Source of the DNA: an uncultured Verrucomicrobiae bacterium
Lineage (GTDB): Bacteria; Verrucomicrobiota; Verrucomicrobiia; Chthoniobacterales; UBA10450
NCBI GenBank assembly: GCA_963726745.1
Contig: CAVSDR010000003.1
Location: forward strand, 1,024,001-1,088,000
DNA: 64,000 nt
Direction: 5' to 3'
Positions 19,307 through 29,334 of the stretch are shown here, piece after piece. Both the position numbers and the translations under genes were made by a program. How positions within the stretch are numbered: position 1 is the stretch's first letter; each line of letters starts with the position of its first letter. The notes below the pieces were generated by a model. That model was not told the origin of the DNA and did not search any database. It saw only the letters and a program-made list of their open reading frames with translations.

Positions 19307-20137
19307 ATGCCTTCGTTCCGGGTCGTGGTTTGGTTGCTCGCGAGCCTCCTGGCGACGCGCGCGCCTGCATTGGGAAACGCCGATGAGCCGAGTCTCGCGC
19401 GTATCGGCCAGATCCTCGCGGGCAAACCAAAGGTCGACCTGACGCACGCCTTCGCTCCCGGGATTCCGCATTGGCCCGGCTTTCCGGAGGAGAAACGCGA
19501 GACGCTCTATTGGTATGAGAAAGGGCGCGGCTCGATGGGCACGGGTTTCTTTGCGGAACGCTACGCGCTCGTGGGGCAATGGGGCACGCACGTGGATCCG
19601 CCGGCGCATTTCCACCGGGGACTGCGCACGGTCGACCAGATCAAGCTCGAGGAAATGATCCTGCCGCTGGTGGTGATCGATGTGCACGAGGAGGTGGCAA
19701 AAAATCCGGACTACACGCTGACGCTCGAGCGCGTGCGGGCATGGGAGAAAGCGCACGGGGAAATTCCTGCGGGCGCGTTTGTGGCCTTGCGCACGGATTG
19801 GTCGAAGCGCTGGCCGGATGGGGCGGCGATGGAAAACAAGGATGCGGCCGGCGTGGCGCACTACCCCGGCTGGGGCAAGGAAGCGCTGCAGTTCCTCTAC
19901 GAGACGCGCAAGATCACCGCGAGCGGACACGAGACGACCGACACCGATCCCGGCCTTGCCACTTCCAAGGACGACTACACGCTCGAGACCTATGTGCTCG
20001 GGACGGATCATTACCAGATCGAGTTGCTGGCTAATCTCGACCAGGTGCCGGAGGCAGGCGCGTTGGTCGTGGTCACGTTTCCCAAGCCGAAAGGCGGTTC
20101 CGGATTTCCCGCGCGCGTCTTTGCGATCCTCCCGTAG
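19307..20137 (+). CDS. Cyclase family (kynurenine formamidase-like) metal-dependent hydrolase with signal peptide
   Basis: VDLTH, GQWGTHVDPPAHF, RTDWS, IELLANLDQVP, GGSGFPARVFA. Confidence 0.9.
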   Translation: MPSFRVVVWLLASLLATRAPALGNADEPSLARIGQILAGKPKVDLTHAFAPGIPHWPGFPEEKRETLYWYEKGRGSMGTGFFAERYALVGQWGTHVDPPAHFHRGLRTVDQIKLEEMILPLVVIDVHEEVAKNPDYTLTLERVRAWEKAHGEIPAGAFVALRTDWSKRWPDGAAMENKDAAGVAHYPGWGKEALQFLYETRKITASGHETTDTDPGLATSKDDYTLETYVLGTDHYQIELLANLDQVPEAGALVVVTFPKPKGGSGFPARVFAILP

Positions 20138-20188
20138 CGCGAGTCTCCGCACGGCCAAAGGCTGCCGCGCGCGCGAACCTTTAACCCT

Positions 20189-20920
20189 ATGGCAAACCGA
20201 TTCGCAGCTCTGGCCGACAATAAAGCGCTCAACCAAATCGGCGAGGCGCTCCAGGTAAACGTCTCCGATGGCGAGCGCATCGGCTCGATCGCCGCCGGCG
20301 CGGCGCTGGTGGTGCTGGGATTGTCGCGGAAGTCGATCGGCGGCTGGCTCCTGGCCCTGGCGGGCGGCGCGCTGGTCGCACGCGGCGCCACCGGACATTG
20401 CCTGGCCTACGAAAATCTCGGGATCAACTCCGGGAACCTGAACCGCGAAACCGGCGTGCCCGGAGATCGTGGGATCAATGTCGAGCGCTCGATCACGGTG
20501 GCGCGGCCCCCGGCGGAGGCGTTCCGTTTTTGGCGGCAACTTGAGAACCTGCCACAGATCTTTGAGCATGTGGAATCGGTCCGCGAGCTCGATACCAAGC
20601 GCTCCATCTGGGTGGTTAAAGGTCCGCTCGGTCACGACGTGGAATGGACCGCGGAGATCATCAACGAGCGCAACGGCGAGATGTTGTCGTGGGAATCGCT
20701 GCCCGGCGCGGAAGTGCAAAATGCCGGCTCGGTTTGGTTCGAACCAGCCGCGGGTGGCGGCACCCGGGTGAAGGTCTCGCTGCAGTATCTCCCGCCGGCC
20801 GGCGCAGTCGGCGCGGCGCTGGCGCGCTGGTTCGGCGAAGCGCCCGAGGTGCAGCTCGCGGAAGATCTCGCGCGCTTCAAGCAGGCGCTGGAGAGCCGGC
20901 CGCTCGCGACCGCGCGCTGA
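20189..20920 (+). CDS. SRPBCC (cyclase/dehydrase) protein with N-terminal DUF2892-like TM segment
   Basis: NVSDGER...RGATGHCLAY; VERSITVARP, FWRQLENLPQIF, WESLPGAEVQNAGSVWF. Confidence 0.9.
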   Translation: MANRFAALADNKALNQIGEALQVNVSDGERIGSIAAGAALVVLGLSRKSIGGWLLALAGGALVARGATGHCLAYENLGINSGNLNRETGVPGDRGINVERSITVARPPAEAFRFWRQLENLPQIFEHVESVRELDTKRSIWVVKGPLGHDVEWTAEIINERNGEMLSWESLPGAEVQNAGSVWFEPAAGGGTRVKVSLQYLPPAGAVGAALARWFGEAPEVQLAEDLARFKQALESRPLATAR

Positions 20921-20946
20921 AGTCGTCGCCTAACGAGCGGTGTGGC

Positions 20947-23464
20947 TCACGGCACGGTGTAAAATTCCACCTGGCCAACGCCGCTGCTGCGATCGCGGCC
21001 CCGCACGATGGCGGTGTAATTGCCTTTCGTCAGCGTCGCGAGCAGGGCGGACTCGCGCGAGTTTTCCGGCGCCAGACCGGTAGCGGTGATCTCCGCCGCC
21101 TGGGTCGCGTTCCAATCGTCGTTCGTGGCCAGGATCGCGCCGTTGTGATCAAAGAGGAGCAGCTCCGGATTAGCCAGCGCGCCCTCGACCCCACGCGCGG
21201 TGAGCGAAGGACCCAGCCCGCGCACGAGCACCCGCACGCTGCCGGCGCCATCGGTGCCGCTCCCGTTGCCCACGATCAAGCCGCCAATGAGGACGTTCTC
21301 ATCCACCCCGACGAGGCCGCGGCTGCTGACGTTGGCCAGTTGCGAAACACTCCCGGGCGCGAGGTCGTAGACTTCGACCAAGGCTACGCCGGTGGAGTGG
21401 TCGCGCCCGCGGACGATGGCGGTGTAGGCGCCGGGGCTGAGCGTCTGCACGATGGCAGATTCGCGGTCGTCTTCCGGTGGCAGGCCGGTGGACTCGATGG
21501 CGGCAGCGTCGGCCTCGCGCCAGTCGTCATTCGTTAGGCTGGGGCCGTTTTGCGGGACGAGCTGGAGGGTGGGATCGGCCAGGGCGCCGGCGATCCCGTG
21601 CCGCGCGAGCGAGGGACCAAGGGCGCGCAGCAGGACGCGTTTCGGCTCGCTCCCGGTGATGATGAAGCCGCCGATGAGAGCATTGGCATCGCCCATGCCG
21701 ACACGCGCACGGGTGGAAAGGTTGAGTTGCCGGCCGGTGCGGAAGACGGAGGCGGGATCGTTTGGATCGGTGCTCGGCGAGGAACTCCGCGCCGTTGTCT
21801 TCGCCATCGCCATCGGCGTCGCCCGCAGGGCCGCCAGTGAGGTTGCTGTCTATTTGGCCTAACGAGAGGCGGGCGGCCTGCCAGCTGAGAAAGCTCAATG
21901 CCGGCGCCAGGCCCACGCGGGTGACGAAGGGATCGGGATCGCCCGTGCGCGTATCCACCCAGACCGGCACCGCCGGGACGTCCGGCGTGGTGCTTTCCGC
22001 AAGGCCGAGATAATCGCCGAGCATGTAGCCGCTGCTCGTGCGCGGGGCGAGCGCAGCCTCGGTGGAGACGGAAGTGAGGCGAAGATTCGGCTGCCAGGTG
22101 GCGCCGCCGTCGAAGGACTGCGCGAGGTAGAGATCGACCAGCGTGGCAGAGCCGGGATTGTCGCGATGATCGTAAAAGGCGACCGTGATCCGCTGGCCGT
22201 CGGGCGACGCCGCGATCGCGGGATTAAACACGCCGGAGCCGGCGGGATTATCGCTGATCGCAACCGGCGCGCGCCAGGTCGAGCCGCTGTCGGAGGATTT
22301 CGTGAAGAGAATGCGCGGCGCCCCGCCGAGGCGTCCCTGGCACGCGACATAGAGATTGCCGACGTGATCCGCCGTGGCCGATGGGAGGAAACCGCCGCTG
22401 CGGATCTGGCTCTCGGAATAGAGGGCCACGTTGGCGATTTTGCGCGAAGCGCCAAAGCTCGTGCCGCCGTCATTCGAAACCGCGACCGCGAGAAAGTCGT
22501 CCGCGGAGGAGGCAGTGCGATTAAAGTTCCAGTAGACGAGCGCGAGTTTGCCATCCGCGAGGAAGACCGGCTGCGCGCCCTGCGTGTCCTGATTGGCGGA
22601 ATCGATCAGCGCGATCGGGCTCCAGGTCAGTCCGCCGTCATCGCTGAAGGAGCGGACGATCGGGCCGCCGTTGGTGTTTGTGGGGCCGAAGAGGGTGAAG
22701 GCCACGAGGATGCGGCCGGCGGTAGCGGTGCCGGGGAAAGGATTTAGCGCCATCCAATTTTTGTCCGGGAAAATCGTGTCGTTAGGCGATTGGTAGACCA
22801 CGACGGGCGCGGCGAAGGTTTGCCCGCCATCGGTCGAACGGCTCACGAGCACTGCGCTGGTGGTGAACTGTGGATTGAGCGCGGCGATGGTATTGAGATA
22901 GGCCGCACCGTCGAGTCCAACGCCGGCCACGGGATCGCTCGCCCGCGGATACGGGCCGCCGCTTGCACTCGTTAGGCCAGGGATGAGCGCGCGCGTCCAG
23001 GTCAGGCCGCCGTCGCGGCTCACCCCGTAGCCGCAGTCGACCGCGCCGCCGTCGGTGAAACGGCCTTCCTGGAAAGTGGCGAGGAGAAAGTCGGGATCGC
23101 CCGGGGAGCGGGCGACATGCGGCTCGGCCTGCGCGCGCAAATTAGACGGCAAGCTGGCGGGATCATCGCCCAGGCGAATGCCGGCGCGCACCCGGCGATC
23201 GAGCGCAGTTTCGACGGCGGCGCTCTGCGCCGGGACGCGGCGAGTGTCGCGGGGCGCGGGGCTTTCAACGAGATCGCCTCCGCGATCGAGCCGGAGCAAG
23301 GCGCCGGAAGAAAGATGCTCGAGCGGGACCTGCTGGAGGGCACGCGGCAGCCGCGCACGATCTGGGGCCGGCCAACCCGGCGGCGGGGGCGTTTCTGCCC
23401 TAACGAGTGGTGCGAGCAGCGCCAGAGTGACGACGAGACCAGAGAGCGCGCGCGGCAGTTTCAT
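20947..23464 (-). CDS. Secreted BNR/Asp-box (sialidase-like) beta-propeller protein with tandem C-terminal domains; frameshift near 21775
   Basis: Signal peptide MKLPRALSGLVVTLALLAPLVRA; Asp-boxes SRDGGLTW, STDGGQTF, SDDGGLTW, SNDGGTSF, SSDSGSTW, SFDGGATW; DADGDGEDN loop; two repeats NLSTRARVG...IGGFII and NVSSRGLVG...IGGLIV. Confidence 0.85.
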
Positions 23465-23561
23465 GGTGGCGAGGTCAAGCTTACATGATCCCGCGGCAGA
23501 AGCAGGCGGGTGAAGTTGCTGGCTAATTTGCGCCGGACTCCGAAGAGGCGAAGGTTCGCGC

Positions 23562-24327
23562 ATGGCTCCGGTGCGGCGCGCCCTTTTCATCCAGTTCGGC
23601 GGGCTGCTCGCAGCTGCGGTTCTGCTGTTGGTTTTGGCGCGCCTCTTTCCCTTGGCGGACTGGATTGCGCTCGTCCAAGAGCGGGTCATGGGCTGGGGCG
23701 TTTGGAGCGCAATTTGTTACCCGCTGCTCTACGCCGGTTGCAATGTGCTTCTCTTGCCGGGCGGTTTTCTTGAGCATCGGCGGTGGGTTTTTCTTCGGCC
23801 TCTGGTGGGGGTTTCTCATCATTCTGGTGGGCAACGTCGGCGGCGCGGCGATCTCGTTTTACATCAGCCGTTGGTTCGGGCGCCGCTGGCTGCGACGGAG
23901 ATTAGTGCGGCATCCGACCTTTGGCGCACTGCAACCAGCTCTCGAACGCGAAGGATGGAAGATCATCTTATTGAGTCAGTTACATCCGCTGTTTCCCACC
24001 AGCCTTTTGAATTATCTCTACGGTTTGACGACCATCCGCTTTCGCACCTGTATCACTTGGGTGGCCGTGGGTCAGGCGCCGGGACTGTTTTTGTATGCCT
24101 ATATCGGGACGCTGGGGCAGCTCGGCCTGCGGCTGGCGCGGGGACAAACACATCCGCGCCTCGTGGAATATCTCGTCTGGGGCGGCGGCCTGGCCTTGAG
24201 CGCGATCATCCTTTTCTTCCTTGGGCGCATCGCACTGCGGCTGATGAAAGAGGCGGAGTTAGCTGCTGCGCAAGCGGAACCGGCGCGGGTGAATCCGGCG
24301 GCAAATTTAACGAGCGTTGAGATCTAA
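23562..24327 (+). CDS. TVP38/TMEM64 (DedA/VTT) membrane protein; frameshift near 23770
   Basis: LLLPGGFL then IGGGFFFGLWWG...ISFYISRWFGR, LHPLFPTSLLNYLYGLT. Confidence 0.85.
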
Positions 24328-24330
24328 TCC

Positions 24331-24721
24331 ATGACCGAACAACAGCTTACAGAATCGGCTTTGGCTGCGCGAAAAGCGGCCTATGCGCCGTATTCCCATT
24401 TTGCGGTGGGCGCAGCGTTGCTCTGCGATGATGGTTCCGTTTTCCAAGGATGCAACGTCGAGAATCTTTCGTTTGGATTGACGATGTGCGCCGAACGTGT
24501 CGCGATCGGCGCCGCCGTTGCAGCCGGCCGACGCAAGTATTCGCTTCTCGCCTTGGCTTCGGAATCTTCCGAGCCGGTAGTCCCTTGCGGCGCGTGTCGG
24601 CAAGTGCTGGCCGAGTTTTCGCCCAGTTTGCAGATTGTTAGCACAACGGTAGACGGCAAATTAGCCCACTATAGTCTTAAAGGAGCTTTTGCCGAGGCCG
24701 AGCCAAGGCATTCTTCGGTAG
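24331..24721 (+). CDS. cdd: Cytidine deaminase; apparent 1-nt insertion near 24680
   Basis: AYAPYSHFAVGAAL, GCNVEN, CAER, PCGACRQ; corrected end LKELLPRPSQGILR with TAG at 24719-24721. Confidence 0.92.
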
Positions 24722-24735
24722 TTCTACGTGGAACA
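24720..24735. promoter_or_regulatory. parS-like site (2 mismatches)
   Basis: AGTTCTACGTGGAACA versus the palindrome TGTTCCACGTGGAACA. Confidence 0.6.
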
Positions 24736-24736
24736 A

Positions 24737-26593
24737 ATGCCCGTGAAGTCATATGACGTCATTGTAGTAGGCAGCGGTCATGCCGGCATCGAAGCTGCGC
24801 TGGCCTCGGCCCGGATCGGTTGCGCCACCCTGCTGCTTACCCAAAATCTGGACACTATCGGCCAAATGTCCTGCAACCCAGCCATCGGCGGGTTGGCCAA
24901 GGGGCACATGGTCCGTGAGATCGATGCATTGGGCGGGTTCATGGGCGAAAACGCCGACGCTACCGGCATTCAGTTTCGCCTGCTCAACCGCACCAAGGGG
25001 CCGAGCGTCCGGGCGCCGCGGGCGCAATGCGACAAAAAAGCTTACCAATTTCGGGCCAAGGCGGTCTTGGAACGGACGGAACATCTCGACGTTAAACAGG
25101 CAACCGTCTCGAAAGTGCTGGTCGACGCGGATGGAGTAACGGGCGTCGAGACCGACTTCGGCGGGACGATTCCTGGCCGTGCGGTAATCATTACGTCAGG
25201 GACCTTCCTGCGCGGCTTGCTGCATGTGGGGGAGACGACCAAAGCCGGCGGCCGAATGGCGGACACCGCGTCAGGGCTTAGCGAGAACCTGCGTGGCATG
25301 GGGTTCGAGGTAGGGCGTTTCAAGACGGGAACGCCGTGTCGGCTAAATGGTCGGTCGATCGATTTCGCGAAGTGCGAGATTCAACATGGCGACGAGCCGG
25401 CGCCGTTTTTCAGTTTTATTCGAGACGCGGGGAAGAAGACAGTAGCCGACATTTTCACGCTGAATCGTCCGCCGTTCCACGTGGAACAAGCCAACTGCTG
25501 GATCACCTACACCAACGCCCGGACTCACGAAATCATCCGGGCCAATCTTCATCGGTCGCCCCTTTATTCCGGGCGGATTGAGGGAACGGGGCCGCGTTAT
25601 TGTCCATCGATCGAGGACAAGGTGGTGAAGTTTTCCGAAAAACCGGCGCATCAGCTTTTTCTTGAGCCCGAGGGGTTGCATACGAACGAGTTTTACGTCA
25701 ACGGCATTTCCACCAGCCTGCCGGTCGACGTGCAGGAAGCGTTTCTCCGCACTATCCCAGGCTTGGAAAATGCAGAGATGATCCGCCCTGGTTATGCCGT
25801 CGAATATGACTATTTCCCCCCGACCCAGCTGCGCCATACCCTGGAGACGAAATTGGTTTCGGGCCTTTACTTTGCCGGACAAATCAACGGCACCTCAGGT
25901 TACGAAGAGGCGGCGGCGCAAGGTTTGATAGCTGGCGCAAACGCAGCGCTAAAGGTCCGAGGAGGCCAACCATTTCTGGTCGATCGCACCGAAGCCTACA
26001 TCGGCGTTTTAATCGACGACCTCGTCTCCAAGGGGACGGATGAACCGTATCGGATGTTCACGAGTCGTGCGGAAAACCGCTTGGGTCTTCGGCATGACAC
26101 CGCGGATGAACGTCTGACCGCGAGGGCTCGAGCATTCGGGTTGATCCCCGATGCGCGCTGGGAACAACATCAAAGCAAAATGGATGCGCTGGAAAAGATC
26201 CGGCGAGCAGCGCGAACTGAGCGTATCGATGGGCGCCTCGTTTTCGATCTCCTGCGTCGCCCGGACTTTTCCGTCGCCGACCTCCCTGCAGGGATGGCTC
26301 TCCTCGCGCCGACGGCGCTCTGGGAGCTGATCGAGGTGGAGGCGAAATACGAGGGCTACATCCGACGGCAGGAAGCGCAGAATCTACAAGTCGCCGGAAG
26401 ATATTCCCAAGTTATCCCGAACGCCGTTGACTTCAGCGCGCTGTCTGGGTTACGGCCTGAGACCCGGCAGAAATTGGATCGCCACCGGCCGGCTACCTTA
26501 GGCGATGCGAGCAGAATTAGCGGAATTACACCGGCGGATCTCGCCATGCTGTCGCTCTTCCTGAAAGCGAAGGCAAAAGTTACTACGCTATGA
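24737..26593 (+). CDS. mnmG: tRNA uridine-5-carboxymethylaminomethyl(34) synthesis enzyme MnmG (GidA)
   Basis: [64 protein letters not shown]. Confidence 0.97.
   Translation: MPVKSYDVIVVGSGHAGIEAALASARIGCATLLLTQNLDTIGQMSCNPAIGGLAKGHMVREIDALGGFMGENADATGIQFRLLNRTKGPSVRAPRAQCDKKAYQFRAKAVLERTEHLDVKQATVSKVLVDADGVTGVETDFGGTIPGRAVIITSGTFLRGLLHVGETTKAGGRMADTASGLSENLRGMGFEVGRFKTGTPCRLNGRSIDFAKCEIQHGDEPAPFFSFIRDAGKKTVADIFTLNRPPFHVEQANCWITYTNARTHEIIRANLHRSPLYSGRIEGTGPRYCPSIEDKVVKFSEKPAHQLFLEPEGLHTNEFYVNGISTSLPVDVQEAFLRTIPGLENAEMIRPGYAVEYDYFPPTQLRHTLETKLVSGLYFAGQINGTSGYEEAAAQGLIAGANAALKVRGGQPFLVDRTEAYIGVLIDDLVSKGTDEPYRMFTSRAENRLGLRHDTADERLTARARAFGLIPDARWEQHQSKMDALEKIRRAARTERIDGRLVFDLLRRPDFSVADLPAGMALLAPTALWELIEVEAKYEGYIRRQEAQNLQVAGRYSQVIPNAVDFSALSGLRPETRQKLDRHRPATLGDASRISGITPADLAMLSLFLKAKAKVTTL
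25473..25488. promoter_or_regulatory. parS-like site inside mnmG
   Basis: CGTTCCACGTGGAACA, 15/16 match to TGTTCCACGTGGAACA; encodes FHVEQ. Confidence 0.8.
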
Positions 26594-26612
26594 TGCCGTG
26601 TAGTTTACCGGT

Positions 26613-27242
26613 ATGATCTTGCTGGCTATTTCCGTCGTTCTTACGGCCTACCTGCTCGGTTCGATCCCGTGGGGTTTCCTTTTTGGTCGGTTTCGCGGAA
26701 TGGATATCCGCGAGCACGGGAGCGGCAACATTGGCGCGACCAATGCCCTGCGTGTGCTGGGAAAACCGTGGGGCGTCGCCGTGTTTATTCTCGATGCCTT
26801 GAAAGGCCTCCTCGCAGTGCGCCTGGCCATTTGGCTGGCGCAGTCGACGCCGGGGGCCGCGCCGTACACCGAACTCATGGCGATTGTGGCTGCAGCCGCG
26901 TGCGTGGTCGGGCACTCGTTTCCGGTTTGGCTGCGCTTTCGGGGCGGGAAAGGGGTGGCAACTTCGGCGGGCGCCCTGGTCGGGGTAATCCCGCTGGCCG
27001 CGTTGGCAATTTTAGTGGTTTGGTTGCTGACTTTTCAAATCACGCGCTTCGTGTCGCTCGCCTCCATTTGCGCCGCCCTCAGTCTTCCGCTGGCCGTGCT
27101 CGCCCTGGTCCTGGCACACCAAACGCGCGGCTGGGTCTTGCTTTACTTCTCGGTCGCAATGAGCGCGCTGGTCGTTTGGCGGCACCGGGGAAACATCAGC
27201 CGCCTGCTGGCTGGCACCGAACCGCGTTTCGCTCGCAAGTGA
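26613..27242 (+). CDS. plsY: Glycerol-3-phosphate acyltransferase PlsY
   Basis: YLLGSIP, DIREHGSGNIGATNALR, GHSFPVWLRFRGGKGVAT, HRGNISRLLAGTE. Confidence 0.96.
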   Translation: MILLAISVVLTAYLLGSIPWGFLFGRFRGMDIREHGSGNIGATNALRVLGKPWGVAVFILDALKGLLAVRLAIWLAQSTPGAAPYTELMAIVAAAACVVGHSFPVWLRFRGGKGVATSAGALVGVIPLAALAILVVWLLTFQITRFVSLASICAALSLPLAVLALVLAHQTRGWVLLYFSVAMSALVVWRHRGNISRLLAGTEPRFARK

Positions 27243-28253
27243 TGGAACAAAGACGCATTGCCATTCTCGGAGCCGGTGGCTGGGGCCTGGCGCTGGCGGT
27301 CCTGTGGGCTCGCCGCGGCCAGGAAGAGATTACCCTGTGGGGCCATAACCCAGCGCACCTGGAGCGCATCGCGGCCGATCGCAAAAATCTCTCGCGCCTT
27401 CCTGGCGTGGAATTGCCCGCCAGCGTGCGCCTTTCGAGCGATCTAAGCGATTGCGGCCGCGCCGACCTGCTGGTGCTCGTGACCCCGTCGACTGCGGTGC
27501 GGGAAATAGCCGGCAACTTGAAAGCCGTCCTCTCCCCCGACTCGGTGCTCCTTAGCTGCACCAAGGGTATCGAGCACGGCACTGGCATGCGCATGAGCGA
27601 GATTCTCGAGGAACAACTCCCCGGCCACCCTGTCGCCGTTCTCTCCGGGCCGAATCTCGCCGTGGAAGTTTCGCGCGGGCTGCCCACCGCGACGGTGTTG
27701 GGCTGCCGCGAACGCGCGCGCGCGGAGGAATTGCAGCAACGCCTCGGCGGCTCGCACTTCCGGATCTACTCGAGCGACGAGACGGTCGGGATCGAATTAG
27801 GCGGCGCCTTGAAGAACGTCTTCGCGATCACCGCCGGCGCGAGCGACGGCCTGGGCTTGGGCGACAATGCGAAGTCCGCGCTGGTTACGCGCTGTCTCGC
27901 GGAACTCCTCCGGCTCGGCACCGCCATGGGCGGGAAGGCCGAGACCTTTTACGGCTTAAGCGGCGCGGGCGACCTCATTGCCACCTGTTTCAGCCAGCTC
28001 AGCCGCAATCGTCGCGTAGGGCGAGGAACTCGGGAAAGGGCGCACGCTTCGGGAAATAACCAGCGAGATGGGGACGATCGCGGAAGGCATTCCCACGACG
28101 AAGAGTGCCTACGAATGCGCCCGCCGGCTCGGCGTGGAAACGCCGATCATCGATCAAGCTTACGCCATGCTTTACCAGGGACGCCGGCCGCAGGAGGCGC
28201 TCCTGGAATTACTCCAGCGCGAGCAGAAATCCGAAAGCTTAACTCTTCGTTAG
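27242..28253 (+). CDS. gpsA: NAD(P)H-dependent glycerol-3-phosphate dehydrogenase; frameshift near 28022
   Basis: IAILGAGGWGLALA, SCTKGIE, LSGPNLA, ELGGALKNV, GLSGAGDLIATC, SRNRRVG; C-terminus AEGIPTT...ETPII in the next frame. Confidence 0.93.
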
Positions 28254-28256
28254 GCT

Positions 28257-28282
28257 CTCGTTAGGCGAGTTGGCCTAACGAG
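28257..28282. terminator. Hairpin of two inverted copies of the GCCTAACGAG motif between convergent gpsA and purN
   Basis: CTCGTTAGGC-GAGTTG-GCCTAACGAG; perfect 10-bp stem in the ~30-bp gap; no U-tract. Confidence 0.55.
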
Positions 28283-28858
28283 TCATTCGCAGAATTGACT
28301 GAGCGCCGCCGGGTAGAGCTCGCGCTCCGCCAGTTGGATGCGCCCGTGCAGACTCTCCGGCGTGTCGCCCGGGAGGATCGGCACCTCGCGTTGCGCGATG
28401 ATCTCGCCGGTGTCGACCCCTGCGTCGACGAAGTGCACCGTGCACCCGGTGATCGTCTCCCCGGCCGCGAGCGCCTGCTTCCAGGCCTCCAGCCCGGGGA
28501 ACTTTGGCAGCAGCGAGGGGTGGATGTTCAAAATCCGGTGCGGAAAAGCCGACAACATCGGCTCCTTGAGGACGCGCATCCAGCCCGCGAGCACGACCCA
28601 TTCGACAGTTGCTTCGCGCAGCATTTGCACCAGCGCCGCTTCCGCTTCCGGCTCCATTTTCGTGCGAAATTTCCCCGGCGGCAGATACGCGTGCGGCACG
28701 CCGAACTCGCGCGCAATCTCGAGAATGCCCGCGTCGAAATGGTCCGACACGATCACGCGCGCCTCCGCGCACAGGCGGCCCTCACGGATCTGCTCGAGGA
28801 TCGCGCGGCAGTTGCTGCCTTTCCCCGAGCCGAGAATGCCAAGACCGATCGCCGCCAT
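28283..28858 (-). CDS. purN: Phosphoribosylglycinamide formyltransferase
   Basis: GSGKGSN, VLAGWMRVL, NIHPSLLPKFPG, GCTVHFVDAGVDTGEII. Confidence 0.96.
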   Translation of the reverse strand: MAAIGLGILGSGKGSNCRAILEQIREGRLCAEARVIVSDHFDAGILEIAREFGVPHAYLPPGKFRTKMEPEAEAALVQMLREATVEWVVLAGWMRVLKEPMLSAFPHRILNIHPSLLPKFPGLEAWKQALAAGETITGCTVHFVDAGVDTGEIIAQREVPILPGDTPESLHGRIQLAERELYPAALSQFCE

Positions 28859-28860
28859 TG

Positions 28861-29334
28861 TCAGTGCATGCGCTCGATCAGGCCGGAAGTCGAGTAGCCC
28901 TGCTCGAACGGCAGGATGCGAATCTCCGCCCCCGCCGCCTCCAGGACCGCGCGCTCCGCCGGGTCCAGACTGTCGACCTGGTAGTCGCCGCCCTTCACAT
29001 AGATGCCTGGCTGGACCCGCTCGAGAAAAGCGGTCGCGCGCACTTCCGGGAAGATGACCACAAAGTTCACGCAGGCCAGCGCCGCCAGCACCTCGGCGCG
29101 GTCGCGCTCGGGATTGAGCGGGCGCGCGTCGCCCTTGAGCGCGCGCACCGAAGCGTCGCCGTTTACCCCCACCGCGAGCGCGTCGCCCAGCGCGCGCGCC
29201 GCCTGCAGGTAACGCACGTGCCCCACGTGCAAGAGATCAAAGCAACCGTTCGTCACTACCAGCTTGCGGCCCTCCGCGCGCAGCGTCGACGAGAGGCCGG
29301 CCAACTCTTCCGCACTCACGATTTTACCTCTCAT
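28861..29334 (-). CDS. rfaE2: D-glycero-beta-D-manno-heptose 1-phosphate adenylyltransferase (RfaE domain II)
   Basis: TNGCFDLLHVGHVRYL, GVNGDASVRALKG, VKGGDY, YSTS. Confidence 0.9.
   Translation of the reverse strand: MRGKIVSAEELAGLSSTLRAEGRKLVVTNGCFDLLHVGHVRYLQAARALGDALAVGVNGDASVRALKGDARPLNPERDRAEVLAALACVNFVVIFPEVRATAFLERVQPGIYVKGGDYQVDSLDPAERAVLEAAGAEIRILPFEQGYSTSGLIERMH

Noticed and set aside
23740..28040. Programmed frameshifting in the TVP38 gene, cdd or gpsA
   Set aside because: No known recoding in these families and no consistent slippery-site plus structure; window-wide indel density points to assembly error.
26669..28264. 531-aa ORF as an N-terminally extended GpsA
   Set aside because: The upstream part is an alternative frame over plsY; the real start is ATG 27242 overlapping the plsY stop.
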